From contig CBDBLX010000002.1 in the NCBI GenBank assembly GCA_965207445.1, forward strand, positions 896,001 through 960,000: a DNA stretch of 64,000 nt, given 5' to 3'. This document shows, piece by piece, positions 51,872 through 61,995 of the stretch. The first letter of the stretch is position 1. Each line of letters starts with the position of its first letter. The notes below the pieces were generated by a model, which was given only the letters and a program-made list of their open reading frames with translations, was not told where the DNA came from and ran no database searches. The DNA is from Nitrosopumilus sp. GTDB taxonomy: Archaea; Thermoproteota; Nitrososphaeria; Nitrososphaerales; Nitrosopumilaceae. The position numbers and the translations under genes were made by a program.

Positions 51872-52309
51872 TCATCTACCTAGAGCGTCTCCTAGAAGTA
51901 TGCCCCGGCTCTCAAACTCTGCAGATATCAATCCATAAATTGAATGTGCCACGGATTTTGCCCTTGTTGCGTCCTCATAAGTGGGCTCGGGCCAGTCACC
52001 CGGATATCGGGCGCTGACAGACCAGCCGGTAATTTTGGACAGATCCGTGTGTTCATTTTTTACAATCCAATTGCCCGGGAGCATATCAAGCAGACTGTCC
52101 AAGTCATGGATATGCGTAACTCGTATTTGTTCTAATGTCAGGGCGGACTTTATGGCCTTTTCTGCAGACTGTTGGCACAGCCAGCAGACAAGAGCAAATG
52201 AATCAGGCTTTGCGTTTATCAAGTATGATGCATTTTCTAGATCTTTGTTCGAGTATTGCAGCCATCGAAGTGCCACCTTCTCTGTCTTGGGGTTAGTTAG
52301 TTTTTTCAT
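51872..52309 (-). CDS. HEPN-domain protein
   Basis: WLQYSNKDL, CQQSAEKAIKSAL, HIHDL and ARYP. Confidence 0.9.
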   Translation of the reverse strand: MKKLTNPKTEKVALRWLQYSNKDLENASYLINAKPDSFALVCWLCQQSAEKAIKSALTLEQIRVTHIHDLDSLLDMLPGNWIVKNEHTDLSKITGWSVSARYPGDWPEPTYEDATRAKSVAHSIYGLISAEFESRGILLGDALGR

Positions 52310-52613
52310 ACATGATCCTTCCTTCTTGAAGAGCTTCATAAGCCAGGGTTCCTATCACGTCGCCCTCCTCCTCGATCTCCCTCGGGGTAATTACTATGAT
52401 GTCTTTGCTAATTGGAACATCCCTCAGCGAGCTCCGTATTTTCGCTGCGGTTTGGTACTTGTTTGGAATGCGGCTCAGCACGACCATCAGATCCACGTCA
52501 CTTGAATCGTCTGTGTCACCGCGCGCCTGGGAGCCAAAAAGTATGATGCGGGTTGGCTTGAACCGCTCGACAATACGATCAACCATGACTGATATGAGAT
52601 CAGCGGTTGTCAT
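52293..52613 (-). CDS. Minimal nucleotidyltransferase (MNT)
   Basis: IILFGSQARGDTDDSSDVDLMVV and KDIIV. Confidence 0.92.
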   Translation of the reverse strand: MTTADLISVMVDRIVERFKPTRIILFGSQARGDTDDSSDVDLMVVLSRIPNKYQTAAKIRSSLRDVPISKDIIVITPREIEEEGDVIGTLAYEALQEGRIMYEKTN

Positions 52614-52887
52614 ATGGTTTCATCCCCTCAGATGCCGATACGGACTCCCTTGAAAGCCCGGATATCTCCGGCCAGCGCTGGACCAGCGCGTCATAGTCCC
52701 GAGCCTCTTGCGCATAGTTCTTTTGCTTGCACATGTGGTAGAGCCGGTATGTCAGTTCCCGGGAACTCACTGCATTAGAACTGAGTTTGGCCATCAAGAC
52801 TGCTGCCGCCGACTTGCCCCCTTTGAGCACCCGTACCATGTGGTGTGTGGCCGTACATACCATAAATCTCTTATCCTGTTCGGGATC
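52600..52887 (-). pseudogene. C-terminal fragment of a DUF1156-family adenine methyltransferase
   Basis: DPEQDKRFMVCTATHHMVRVLKGGKSAAAVLMAKL..RELTYRLYHMC..AQEARDYDALVQRWPEI resembles the DUF1156 C-terminus; cut off at the MITE. Confidence 0.7.
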
Positions 52888-52970
52888 GTAACCGTTCAAC
52901 CACTTCTCAAATTTAGGCACAAATTCACCGTCTAACGTCTGGCGCAGGTACACGGGGGTTGAACGGTTAC
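52888..52970 (-). mobile_element. MITE family A (best-preserved copy)
   Basis: Perfect 14-bp TIR gtaaccgttcaacc / ggttgaacggttac. Confidence 0.92.
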
Positions 52971-53444
52971 CTCCCAAAGTCGACGAAGTCACGCCTTGAC
53001 CTGCCAAGTCGACAACACAGTACATGACACCCGCCAAATTAACAAAGTTTGTGTTTGGCGCCCCAAGAGTCGACTGAGCCGACAGGACGGGCAAGTGCTG
53101 GGCTTTGGGCAGATCTGGTGGTAGGCCGCCTAATATGTCCGACGCGTCTCATGTTCTAGGCCGATTGACGGTGGTATGACCACGGATTTCTCGTGAAGCC
53201 TACACCAAAAATGCGGTTAATCTACCTGATTCAAAACGTATGCGGGCGCGAAATACATGTAGTTAGAGATTGGCGTACATCAAAGCAGAACCAGATGGTT
53301 GATTCTAGTAACCGTGCGAGGAATTGCCGATATTCTACCACAATTTTTGTTACGTCAGGTAGATTAACAATTATACAACACACTAGTTATCGTTGTTGTT
53401 ATGTATTGTGTAAAATTGATCTAATCATTTAATTTATTTTTAAA

Positions 53445-53630
53445 TTATTCTACTTCAAATGATTCACAGCCAAAATTACATGGTTTGTTCATCACGCCTT
53501 CACAATACCCTTGAGCATCGTGCATTATGCGATGATGACCGCAAATCTTACACCTTTCTCTAAAATGAGATATTAAATCTGACATTGCAATGTTGGCGTT
53601 GTTGATTTTTAGTATGATTTCTTTTCCCAT
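53445..53630 (-). CDS. Small Cys/His-rich protein
   Basis: CKICGH..H..C..C..C. Confidence 0.6.
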   Translation of the reverse strand: MGKEIILKINNANIAMSDLISHFRERCKICGHHRIMHDAQGYCEGVMNKPCNFGCESFEVE

Positions 53631-53709
53631 ATGTGATAAATGCTACATACATTCTTTAAATATTACTTGACACCTTGAGATCAAAAAATCCTCATGTGAT
53701 GTTGTTGCG

Positions 53710-53765
53710 ATGTATGCAATACGATATGTGCAATACGATATGTGCAATACGATATATGCAATACC
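53710..53765. repeat. 14-bp tandem repeat (atgtgcaatacgat), about 4 copies
   Basis: Visible directly. Confidence 0.85.
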
Positions 53766-54237
53766 TCACATCACAAGTACTTTGGAGTCATTATCAACAT
53801 CGTCGTTGAATATGTGCTGCGGCCTTTGAAATAAAATAAGCATTGAGACACGAATCTACTGGTGTGTGTGTGCACTGAACTCAATTTATCATGGGATCTA
53901 AAGAATTGATATTTTTCTAAATACGCCCTCTATACGTAGTTTATAGACTGATAATTCTCTTGGTTTTGTAGGTGATATTGTGATCTTTGCTCTTTTACTA
54001 GGTGTATCTGTTAAATATCTAAAACAAAACCTGTTTATTGATGTGCCATGTTTCGTACCGTCACATGTGGTGACATTGATAACTGGTGATTTGATCTCAT
54101 ACTCCAAGCAAAGGATAGATGTCCCATACTGTCACATGTGGTGCCATTGATAACTTTTCTTACTCTTGAACTGGGCTCACTTTCGGGGTATTTAGTATCC
54201 TTACTACTGATAGTACTATGTGAAAAACAAATACTGC

Positions 54238-54304
54238 CTCCAAAGACTTGAGCACAGATTCACCGTCTAATTTCTGGTGCAGGTAACGGGAGTTGAACGG
54301 TTAC
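54238..54304 (-). mobile_element. MITE family A, partial
   Basis: gcacagattcaccgtctaa..ggtgcagg..gttgaacggttac. Confidence 0.8.
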
Positions 54305-54418
54305 AAACAACGGATCTCGAATCTTTAAGACACACAAGACTATATCGTATGATACTGACAGGTGCAACCTCGACGTGAACGTGAAGGATAATTTCCTGAC
54401 TCTGATGTATTTTCAGCA

Positions 54419-55069
54419 ATGGATCATGATAAAATGAGTGGGGGGATGAGGGGTGCTAAATATCCACTATTATTTGGTGTCCCTCTAATTATTATGGTGC
54501 CCGTCTTTATAATATGGCCGAATATCTTAGATGGCGATCCTCTGGGTCCATGGGCTTCGCTTGTAACTATTCTTTCTCTGGTTATTGTACCCATAACGTA
54601 TTTTTACAAACAGTATGAGAAAAGAAAACAGCTTGAACAGCAAGAATACCAGAAAAAGTACAGAACCGCACATAGCATGTACAGAGAGATATGGGATGCA
54701 TTAGAAGCTATAAAGGGGGACAAATATCCGGAGAATCTTTTAGATGCAAAATTTGACGACAAGAAGTTCACATTCACTTGCAGGCTTCTTAATCATGATG
54801 TATATGACAGTCTTGTATATTCTGGAGGCATACTTTTTCTGGACTATGAGTTACAACAACAAATTCAGGATATTTTTAATCGTATTAAATATCACAATCA
54901 TCATCTAAAACAACTTTTAGATGAGCTAAAGGATGCTAAGACAACAAATACGGTTAGGAAGCATTGTATGGAATTGGATAACTCGGAACGACTGATGCTA
55001 AAGGACATTCCTAGAATTATGGTTAAACTGGAAAAAAGGTTTGGGCTTAAGTCACTTAATCAGAGTTAG
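54419..55069 (+). CDS. Two-TM hypothetical protein with a helical C-terminal domain
   Basis: 216-aa ORF with two N-terminal hydrophobic segments. Confidence 0.7.
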   Translation: MDHDKMSGGMRGAKYPLLFGVPLIIMVPVFIIWPNILDGDPLGPWASLVTILSLVIVPITYFYKQYEKRKQLEQQEYQKKYRTAHSMYREIWDALEAIKGDKYPENLLDAKFDDKKFTFTCRLLNHDVYDSLVYSGGILFLDYELQQQIQDIFNRIKYHNHHLKQLLDELKDAKTTNTVRKHCMELDNSERLMLKDIPRIMVKLEKRFGLKSLNQS

Positions 55070-55253
55070 AACGACCCTTTGATTGGGCAAACACCTCTCT
55101 AAGATATGAGATCTGTTGGCTGCCTCCTTCATAAGGCGTCTCATCGACCGTACTTTTCTCTATTGGCATCCCCCTACTGTTGTTTAATTCTGTATGGGTT
55201 GCTTTTACTACATCATTCATGTCAACTTGCTCTGTTGTCTTGTCAGTCACCAT
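55056..55253 (-). CDS. Small hypothetical protein
   Basis: 65-aa ORF converging on and overlapping 54419-55069. Confidence 0.45.
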   Translation of the reverse strand: MVTDKTTEQVDMNDVVKATHTELNNSRGMPIEKSTVDETPYEGGSQQISYLREVFAQSKGRSNSD

Positions 55254-55384
55254 ATCATCATAGTTTTAATGGTTATTTAACATTTAATCCTCACGTAACA
55301 CCTACGCGGCCAACAGGGTGTTAATTCTATAAATAATAGCACAGAACAATGTACAATGTATAAAACAATTATTTGGATGTGAAT

Positions 55385-55861
55385 ATGTACATGACTAGAA
55401 ATAAAAAAATTATATACCTTGCAAACCCTTATGGGTTTTCAGAGCAGCAAAAGATGGGACCATTGAAAGATATTGTAAGTGTCCTTGAGAATATGGGATT
55501 GGAGGTATGGGAGCCATTTGAGCGTAACAATCAGATAGACATGTCTCAAAACAATGCAGCATACAAAATCGGACAAGCTGACATGAGTGATGTTAAAAAT
55601 TCAGATGGTATATTTGCAGTTGTGAATGGAACGCCGCCTGATGAGGGTGTAATGATTGAGCTTGGCCTTGCAATTGCATGGGGAAAGCGAATATTTCTTT
55701 TTAGAGATGATTTTAGACGATGTACTGATAGTGGTAAGTATCCGCTTAATCTTATGTTGTTTGTAGGTTATGATCATGATAACTGGACCAAAAGTTACTA
55801 TACGAGTATAAGTGATATACAAAACCCTGACAAAGAATTGGCCAAATGGGTTTTGGAATAA
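55385..55861 (+). CDS. Nucleoside 2-deoxyribosyltransferase family protein
   Basis: IYLANPYGFS, VWEPF and DEGVMIELGLA. Confidence 0.88.
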   Translation: MYMTRNKKIIYLANPYGFSEQQKMGPLKDIVSVLENMGLEVWEPFERNNQIDMSQNNAAYKIGQADMSDVKNSDGIFAVVNGTPPDEGVMIELGLAIAWGKRIFLFRDDFRRCTDSGKYPLNLMLFVGYDHDNWTKSYYTSISDIQNPDKELAKWVLE

Positions 55862-56046
55862 ATGTATGTTTGTAGCCTATAACCGATTACATTCCCAATT
55901 ATTTTTAATAGTTTTTTTAATATATGAATTGTAAAAAATGTATAAATATAATTATTTATAAATATGTGAAACATATAAAAATATAATTATATAAAATTTT
56001 GATTGTATACGGTCTGATTAATATACATATGATCTATGTATTACAT

Positions 56047-56595
56047 ATGGGAACTTTTTATCTTGACATAGAGACATCTGGATTAAAACCCGAATCATCG
56101 AAGATAATCACCATTCAGTATCAGGCACTTGAGCGTTCTGATGGTACTCCAAAAGGACCACTAATAATCCTCAAAGAATGGGAACTTACAGAACGTGAGA
56201 TGATCAGACGATTTATTGACAATACAGAAATTACTAGTTCAAAAAGTTTTGATTTTGTGCCAGTAGGATACAATCTAAGATTTGAGCAGAGTTTTTTAAA
56301 TTACAAATCAAAACTATACAATTTACCAATAATTGACATACATGATAAACCAATGTTAGACCTATCTACGACAGGTGTTCTTATGAATAATTGTAAGTTT
56401 TATGGTTCTGGACTTGATCGTATAACTGGTAAATCTCAGAGTGGATCAGAGATTGCAAGTTGGTATGCTAATGAACGATATGATGAGATTATACATTATA
56501 TTGAAGATGAAACTAGAGAATTCTTAAAATTTTTTGGATGGTTGTGTAAAGAGATGCCGGTACTGCACAAAAAATTTGTAACGTATATACGATGA
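56047..56595 (+). CDS. DnaQ/DEDD (RNase H-like) 3'-5' exonuclease family protein
   Basis: FYLDIETSG, VGYNLRFE and HYIEDE. Confidence 0.8.
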   Translation: MGTFYLDIETSGLKPESSKIITIQYQALERSDGTPKGPLIILKEWELTEREMIRRFIDNTEITSSKSFDFVPVGYNLRFEQSFLNYKSKLYNLPIIDIHDKPMLDLSTTGVLMNNCKFYGSGLDRITGKSQSGSEIASWYANERYDEIIHYIEDETREFLKFFGWLCKEMPVLHKKFVTYIR

Positions 56596-56772
56596 TCCGC
56601 ATCTGTTTGTACAAATTACTAAACTCATTTTGTGGTTGGAAAGAGTGTGTATAAATTACATTGGGATTGAATGGTGACTAGGCATATGCTCATTAAACAT
56701 GTCGTAATATCTAGATATGTGATTCATCATCTGTTACAAACAATATAATTACTAGTCAGTTTTATCAATATT

Positions 56773-56901
56773 ATGGAAAAACGTTCAATGCCGGTCTGTT
56801 TTACAGCAGAGCAATACAAAGAGATCAAAGCATATGCAAAGATGAATGGAATGCTCAATGCAAGTCAGGCGCTCGAAAAGATGTTAAACGATAACAACTA
56901 G
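56773..56901 (+). CDS. Small RHH-like protein
   Basis: MEKRSMPVCFTAEQYKEIKAYAKMNGMLNASQALEKML. Confidence 0.6.
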   Translation: MEKRSMPVCFTAEQYKEIKAYAKMNGMLNASQALEKMLNDNN

Positions 56902-57073
56902 TGTGTCTTTTTGATGTTGACGACTATATGTTGTATGCCTACTACCTGATGTTGATATTTTTGATCTTGTTTGAGTATGCTATCCATATTGGACGCAATT
57001 ACAAATAATACATTGATGACTCTGCTCAATACACATTGTATTGAAATTTATAGAATGTTTGTTATGTTATTGC

Positions 57074-57484
57074 ATGGGACTATTTAGTAGAACGCCTACT
57101 TATTGCGCAATATGTAAAATAGAACTTAAACACAAACACAAACCAAAACGTGAATGGAATATTCAAGGACGGCTCTGTGGAAATTGTCATTATGAAAAGT
57201 CAGTAGAGTATTACGAAGGAAAAGTGCGTCAGCCATGTGCAATTTGTGGCACAACAAAACAGATCAACGATCTTTGGGAACCTCGTTGGCAGTGGGATAT
57301 GGATGGTTTAATATGCAAAAAGTGCTTTGACAAAAAAGAAGAGGACTATAAGAAAAAGAAGAACCGGTGCGCTATTTGTAATGTGGAGATGGGCTTTATA
57401 CGACACAACCCAAAAAGTAGTTGGAAGATTGATGGGCAACTTTGTCGAAAATGTTGGGATAAAAAGGCAGGATATGGATAATAC
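57074..57484 (+). CDS. Multi-CxxC zinc-finger repeat protein
   Basis: Three units of CAIC..P..W...G.LC..C; stop near 57481. Confidence 0.75.
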
Positions 57485-57698
57485 TTGTGGTGATTAATTT
57501 CATTATTGTGTCCAATGATTGGTTCAATCAAAAAAGATGAGTATAATAAAGAACATTTGTCTGGCCACTCTAAACTCGTTTGTAAGTTGTACACTCTTGT
57601 TTTTTGTAATTAATAGTGGTGTAGTTGATGTTTTGTAAATGGTATTTTTTTATGATTTATGCAAAAACACAATTACTAGATATGTGCAAATATGTTTA

Positions 57699-58055
57699 AT
57701 GTTACGATGGTTCAATGTACGTAATTATAAAAACAAGATACAGTGCGATATGTGTAATCGAAAATTTACATCAGATGTTGATCTCATGAATCATATGCAA
57801 ATATTTCACGGCAAAGATCTCAAGTATGATTGCCGTCAATGCAACAAACATTTCTCAAGTATGGAGTCTATGAGAACTCATCTTCAAAGGGAGCACAATT
57901 ATGTGGCGGATAAAAACTTCACTAACAACAACGGTAATAATTCTACTACTCCCACTAATTGCAACAACACCCACAACAGCAACAACAGCAACAACAATAC
58001 TAACAACCACACCAACAACCACACCAACAACAAAAAACCAAATGACGTCAATTGA
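57699..58055 (+). CDS. Double C2H2 zinc-finger protein with Asn-rich tail
   Basis: CDMC..HMQIFH and CRQC..HLQREH; start uncertain. Confidence 0.75.
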   Translation: MLRWFNVRNYKNKIQCDMCNRKFTSDVDLMNHMQIFHGKDLKYDCRQCNKHFSSMESMRTHLQREHNYVADKNFTNNNGNNSTTPTNCNNTHNSNNSNNNTNNHTNNHTNNKKPNDVN

Positions 58056-58258
58056 CGTCACCTCAAGTCACTACACTAAACTGCCACGAAACATTTTGAC
58101 TCTGTACCAACCATAAAAATATGAATATATTTATAAAAACCCTTGTACAACAAAAAACCTTCTTTTCTCAAACTGTTGGATATTTTTACTCAAATGATTC
58201 AAAGATCTTGCGCAACTATATCATCTACAACTAACAATAATTGTTAAGCGTGCCGTGC

Positions 58259-58516
58259 TTAAATTGCACGTACTGTTTTTATTGTAGGTGGTCTAACTTT
58301 TGTGAATACCTTAAAGCCACAGATACATTTTATCTCTGGTAATCGTGATATTTCAACACCAGATGTAATAATGCCGCATTTCAAACATGCATATTCTACA
58401 CCAAATCTATCCTGTGATAAATTATCATCACCAAACAGATCATCATTATTTTGATTACCCAATTTGGATGAAGACTCTGTTGTATTTTTTTCAAACATTG
58501 TATCTTCAATTGTCAT
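58259..58516 (-). CDS. rpoP: RNA polymerase subunit P (Rpo12)
   Basis: YACLKCG..IKCICGFKVFTKVRPP. Confidence 0.85.
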   Translation of the reverse strand: MTIEDTMFEKNTTESSSKLGNQNNDDLFGDDNLSQDRFGVEYACLKCGIITSGVEISRLPEIKCICGFKVFTKVRPPTIKTVRAI

Positions 58517-58561
58517 GATATTTAGCCACCTCAACCTTAATTTAAAAATTCGTTATTCCTC

Positions 58562-58870
58562 TCAACTAGTAAGTGACAACTCAATATAGACGTCATCTGG
58601 TATCTTTAATCTCATAAGCTGTCTAATTGCCTTGTCATCTGCATTAATGTTTATTATTCTACGATGCATCTTCATCTCCCATTTTTCATATGTCTCTGTA
58701 CCATTTCCGCATGGAGATTTCCTAGTCGCAACATGCAATCTTTTTGTTGGAAGTGGGGTCGGTCCTTTGACTTTCACACCTGTCTTTTTAATACTCATAA
58801 TCTCGTTGCATACACCATCAAGTTTTGGAAGACTTGTAGATGTGAGCTTTACACGTGCAGTCTGAGTCAT
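58562..58870 (-). CDS. rpsJ: 30S ribosomal protein S10
   Basis: GPTPLPTK and TRKSPCGNGTETYEKWEMKMHRR. Confidence 0.97.
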   Translation of the reverse strand: MTQTARVKLTSTSLPKLDGVCNEIMSIKKTGVKVKGPTPLPTKRLHVATRKSPCGNGTETYEKWEMKMHRRIININADDKAIRQLMRLKIPDDVYIELSLTS

Positions 58871-58881
58871 AAGCACCAAAC

Positions 58882-60180
58882 CTAGGGTGTATATGTCTCG
58901 GTAACTTCTTTGACTATGCCTGCTGCAATCGTTGCACCCATGTCTCTGAGAGCAAACCTGCCCATTTCTGGAAAGTCCTGGAACGTTTCAATACATGTTG
59001 GTCTTACAGGACGAATCTTTACCATTGCAGAGTCTCCGACTTTAAGGAATTTTGGATTTTCCTCTTCAACGGCTCCAGTTGAGGGATTTATCTTTTGCAA
59101 AAATTCAGTCACGGTTGCTGCAACTTGTGATGTATGTGCATGCATGACTGGTGTATATCCTGGTGCAATTGCAGTAGGGTGATGTATTACTATAATCTGT
59201 GCTTTAAACTCTTTTGCAATCAGCGGCGGTGCGTCTGGTGTTCCTAGAACATCTCCACGTTTAATATCCTTTTTATCAACCCCTCTGAGATTCATACCAA
59301 TATTGTCGCCTGCTTCTGCCTTTGGCTGTTCTGTGTGGTGAGTCTCTATTGACTTTATCTCACCTGTTGCACCTGATGGCATTACTACAATCTTATCACC
59401 TGGTTTCATAGTACCTGTTTCAACTCTTCCAACTGGTACAGTACCTACACCAGTAATTGTGTAAACATCTTGAATTGGAATTCTCAATGGTTTGCCAACA
59501 GGTTTTGCTGGAATTGTAAAGTCATCAAATGCCTCTAACAATGTTTTACCCTTGTACCATGACATATTCTCTGATCTCTTTACAAGATTGTCACCCTTCC
59601 AACCTGAGACTGGAATGAATGGCACATTGTCTATTTTATACCCTACAGATTTTACCAGTTTCTCACCTTTCTCTTTTGCTGCTTTGTATGCATCCTCAGA
59701 GTAGTTACTGTCATCCATCTTGTTTATTGCTACAATCAACTGATTCACCCCAAGTGTCTTTAGTAAGAATGCGTGCTCACGTGCTTGACCACCTGCTGCA
59801 ATTGCAGTGTCAGTTTCTCCTTCTTTTGCCGAAAGGACCAATATTGCTGCATCTGCTTCTGATGCACCTGTAATCATATTCTTTATGAAATCCCTGTGTC
59901 CTGGAGCGTCAATCAGGGTGAAAAAGTATTTTGGTGATTCAAATTTTTGAAATGCCAAGTCAATTGTAATGCCTCGTTCTCGCTCATCTTTTATGTTATC
60001 CATTACCCATGCATACTTGAATGTGTCACCTTTACCTGTCTTTTCAGATTCTGTTGCATGAGCTGCAATAGTTCTCTCATCTACAACTCCCAAGTCCATC
60101 AGAAAGTGGCCCATTGTGGTGGATTTACCATTGTCTATGTGTCCTGTCACTATCAAGTTCAGGTGGGGTTTGTCTGCCAT
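58882..60180 (-). CDS. tuf: Translation elongation factor EF-1 alpha
   Basis: GHIDNGKST, ERERGITID, DAPGHRDF and NKMD. Confidence 0.98.
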   Translation of the reverse strand: MADKPHLNLIVTGHIDNGKSTTMGHFLMDLGVVDERTIAAHATESEKTGKGDTFKYAWVMDNIKDERERGITIDLAFQKFESPKYFFTLIDAPGHRDFIKNMITGASEADAAILVLSAKEGETDTAIAAGGQAREHAFLLKTLGVNQLIVAINKMDDSNYSEDAYKAAKEKGEKLVKSVGYKIDNVPFIPVSGWKGDNLVKRSENMSWYKGKTLLEAFDDFTIPAKPVGKPLRIPIQDVYTITGVGTVPVGRVETGTMKPGDKIVVMPSGATGEIKSIETHHTEQPKAEAGDNIGMNLRGVDKKDIKRGDVLGTPDAPPLIAKEFKAQIIVIHHPTAIAPGYTPVMHAHTSQVAATVTEFLQKINPSTGAVEEENPKFLKVGDSAMVKIRPVRPTCIETFQDFPEMGRFALRDMGATIAAGIVKEVTETYTP

Positions 60181-60588
60181 GATTAGAGCCTAGAATTGGG
60201 TATTTATTACTGTTTTGGAAAAATAGCCATTTTTTTATGAACTCTTTTTATTTTTCAAAAATATAAGAATTTTATTTTTATAAGATATTGATCTAAATAA
60301 TAATAATCAAACTCAATATAATTATAAAATTGTATTTTTCTATTATAATTTTTACGAAATATAAAATTCAATTTTTTATGTACATATTTATAATTAGTTG
60401 TTGCGACGGTGCAATTTTTAATGATTATATTTTTATGTAATTACAATTTGTTTTATGTATATATTTGATCAAAGTGACCATTTGATTTCGAAAATATGAA
60501 TATTTTACCTATTAGATTGTGTTTTAATGCTGCAAAAGTATGTTTGTTTGCGTTTATGTGATGTAATATGATGTGGCGTAATCTAATG

Positions 60589-60671
60589 ATAACCGTTTAC
60601 TCTCTTATCACATTTGAGCACAGATTCACCGCTTAACGTCTGGTGCAGTTTACATGGATTTGAACAGTTGT
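60589..60671 (-). mobile_element. MITE family A, degenerate, upstream of fbp
   Basis: ataaccgtttac..gcacagattcaccgcttaacgtctggtgcag..ttgaacagttg. Confidence 0.75.
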
Positions 60672-60713
60672 TGCTTGCACAGCACATAAATCAAAGTCTT
60701 TTACACCCAAGAC

Positions 60714-61995
60714 ATGAAGATTACTGTATCTGTGATTAAAGCAGATGTAGGTGGCATTGGAGGACATACAAGACCTAGTGATGGCTTGATTGCAGCAGTA
60801 CGTGACACAATATCTGCATCAAAAAATATGTTACTTGATCATTATATTGGGTATTGTGGTGATGATGTACATATAGTAATGTCACATGTACATGGTGTTG
60901 ATAATGTGACATTCACAAGCTAGCTTGATCATTATATTGGGTATTGTGGTGATGATGTACATATAGTAATGTCACATGTACATGGTGTTTAATGTAGACA
61001 TTCACAAGCTAGCATGGGATGCGTTTATGGCAGGAACCAAAGTGGCAAAATCTGAAGGACTGTATGGTGCAGGACAAGACCTACTAAAGGACTCTTTTTC
61101 TGGTAATGTCAAAGGTATGGGACCTGGTGTTGCAGAGATGGCATTTGAGGAGAGGCCAAATGAAGCATTTACTGTTTTTGCAGCAGATAAGACCGAGCCG
61201 GGTGCATTCAACTATCCTATATACCGAATGTTCGTCGATGCTCTGAGTAATACCGGTCTAATTGTAAACAAGAATTTGGCAGGCGGCGTAGTGATAAATG
61301 TCATGGATGTTGAAAAAGGCAGAATTGCCAAGTTAAACATGTGGCAGGATAAACCCTTACTTGAAGCAGCATTAATGTACCCTGGAAGATATGTAGTTGA
61401 CTCTGTTTATACCAAAAGTGGCGAACCAATACTTGCCGCATCAACTGATCGTCTGCACAATATAGCCGGCACATATGTGGGAAAAGACGACCCTGTCTGT
61501 ATGGTGCGCACTCAAAAACTCTTTCCTGCAACAGAAGAAGTAGGTAGTGTATTTAACAATCCACATTATGTTGCAGGAAATACACGCGGCAGTCACAATA
61601 TGCCATTGATGCCTGTCAAGCTAAACTCTGCTGCAACGATCAACTTTTGCATTCCTATTGTTGAATCACTAGTGTTTAGTATGCATAATGGTAAATTCAC
61701 GGGTCCATTTGATGGGTTCTCAACTCCAGATTGGGATCTAATAAGGGAAAATGCAACAAGAAAGGCACTTGAAATGAGAAGTCAGGGATTTATACATCCT
61801 GCAACACTTGTTCCTTCAGAACTAGAATATGCAGAAGGATACAAGGCAGTCATGACTATGCTTGATGAAAAAATGATCTCTATGAACAATGACAATAAAA
61901 CTAACGATAACACAACTAGTGATAATAAAACCGACTCAACTAGAATTTCTGGACATACAACAAACAACACAAAAGTCTATGAAGATCCTGACTAG
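60714..61995 (+). CDS. fbp: Bifunctional fructose-1,6-bisphosphate aldolase/phosphatase, split by a ~90-bp tandem duplication (artefact or pseudogene)
   Basis: SVIKADVGGIGGH, CGDD, GLYGAGQDLL, ADKTEPGAFN, YVGKDDP and TRGSH. Confidence 0.9.
60834..61012 (+). repeat. Imperfect tandem duplication (90 + 89 bp) inside fbp
   Basis: cttgatcattatattggg...cacaagctag occurs twice. Confidence 0.95.
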
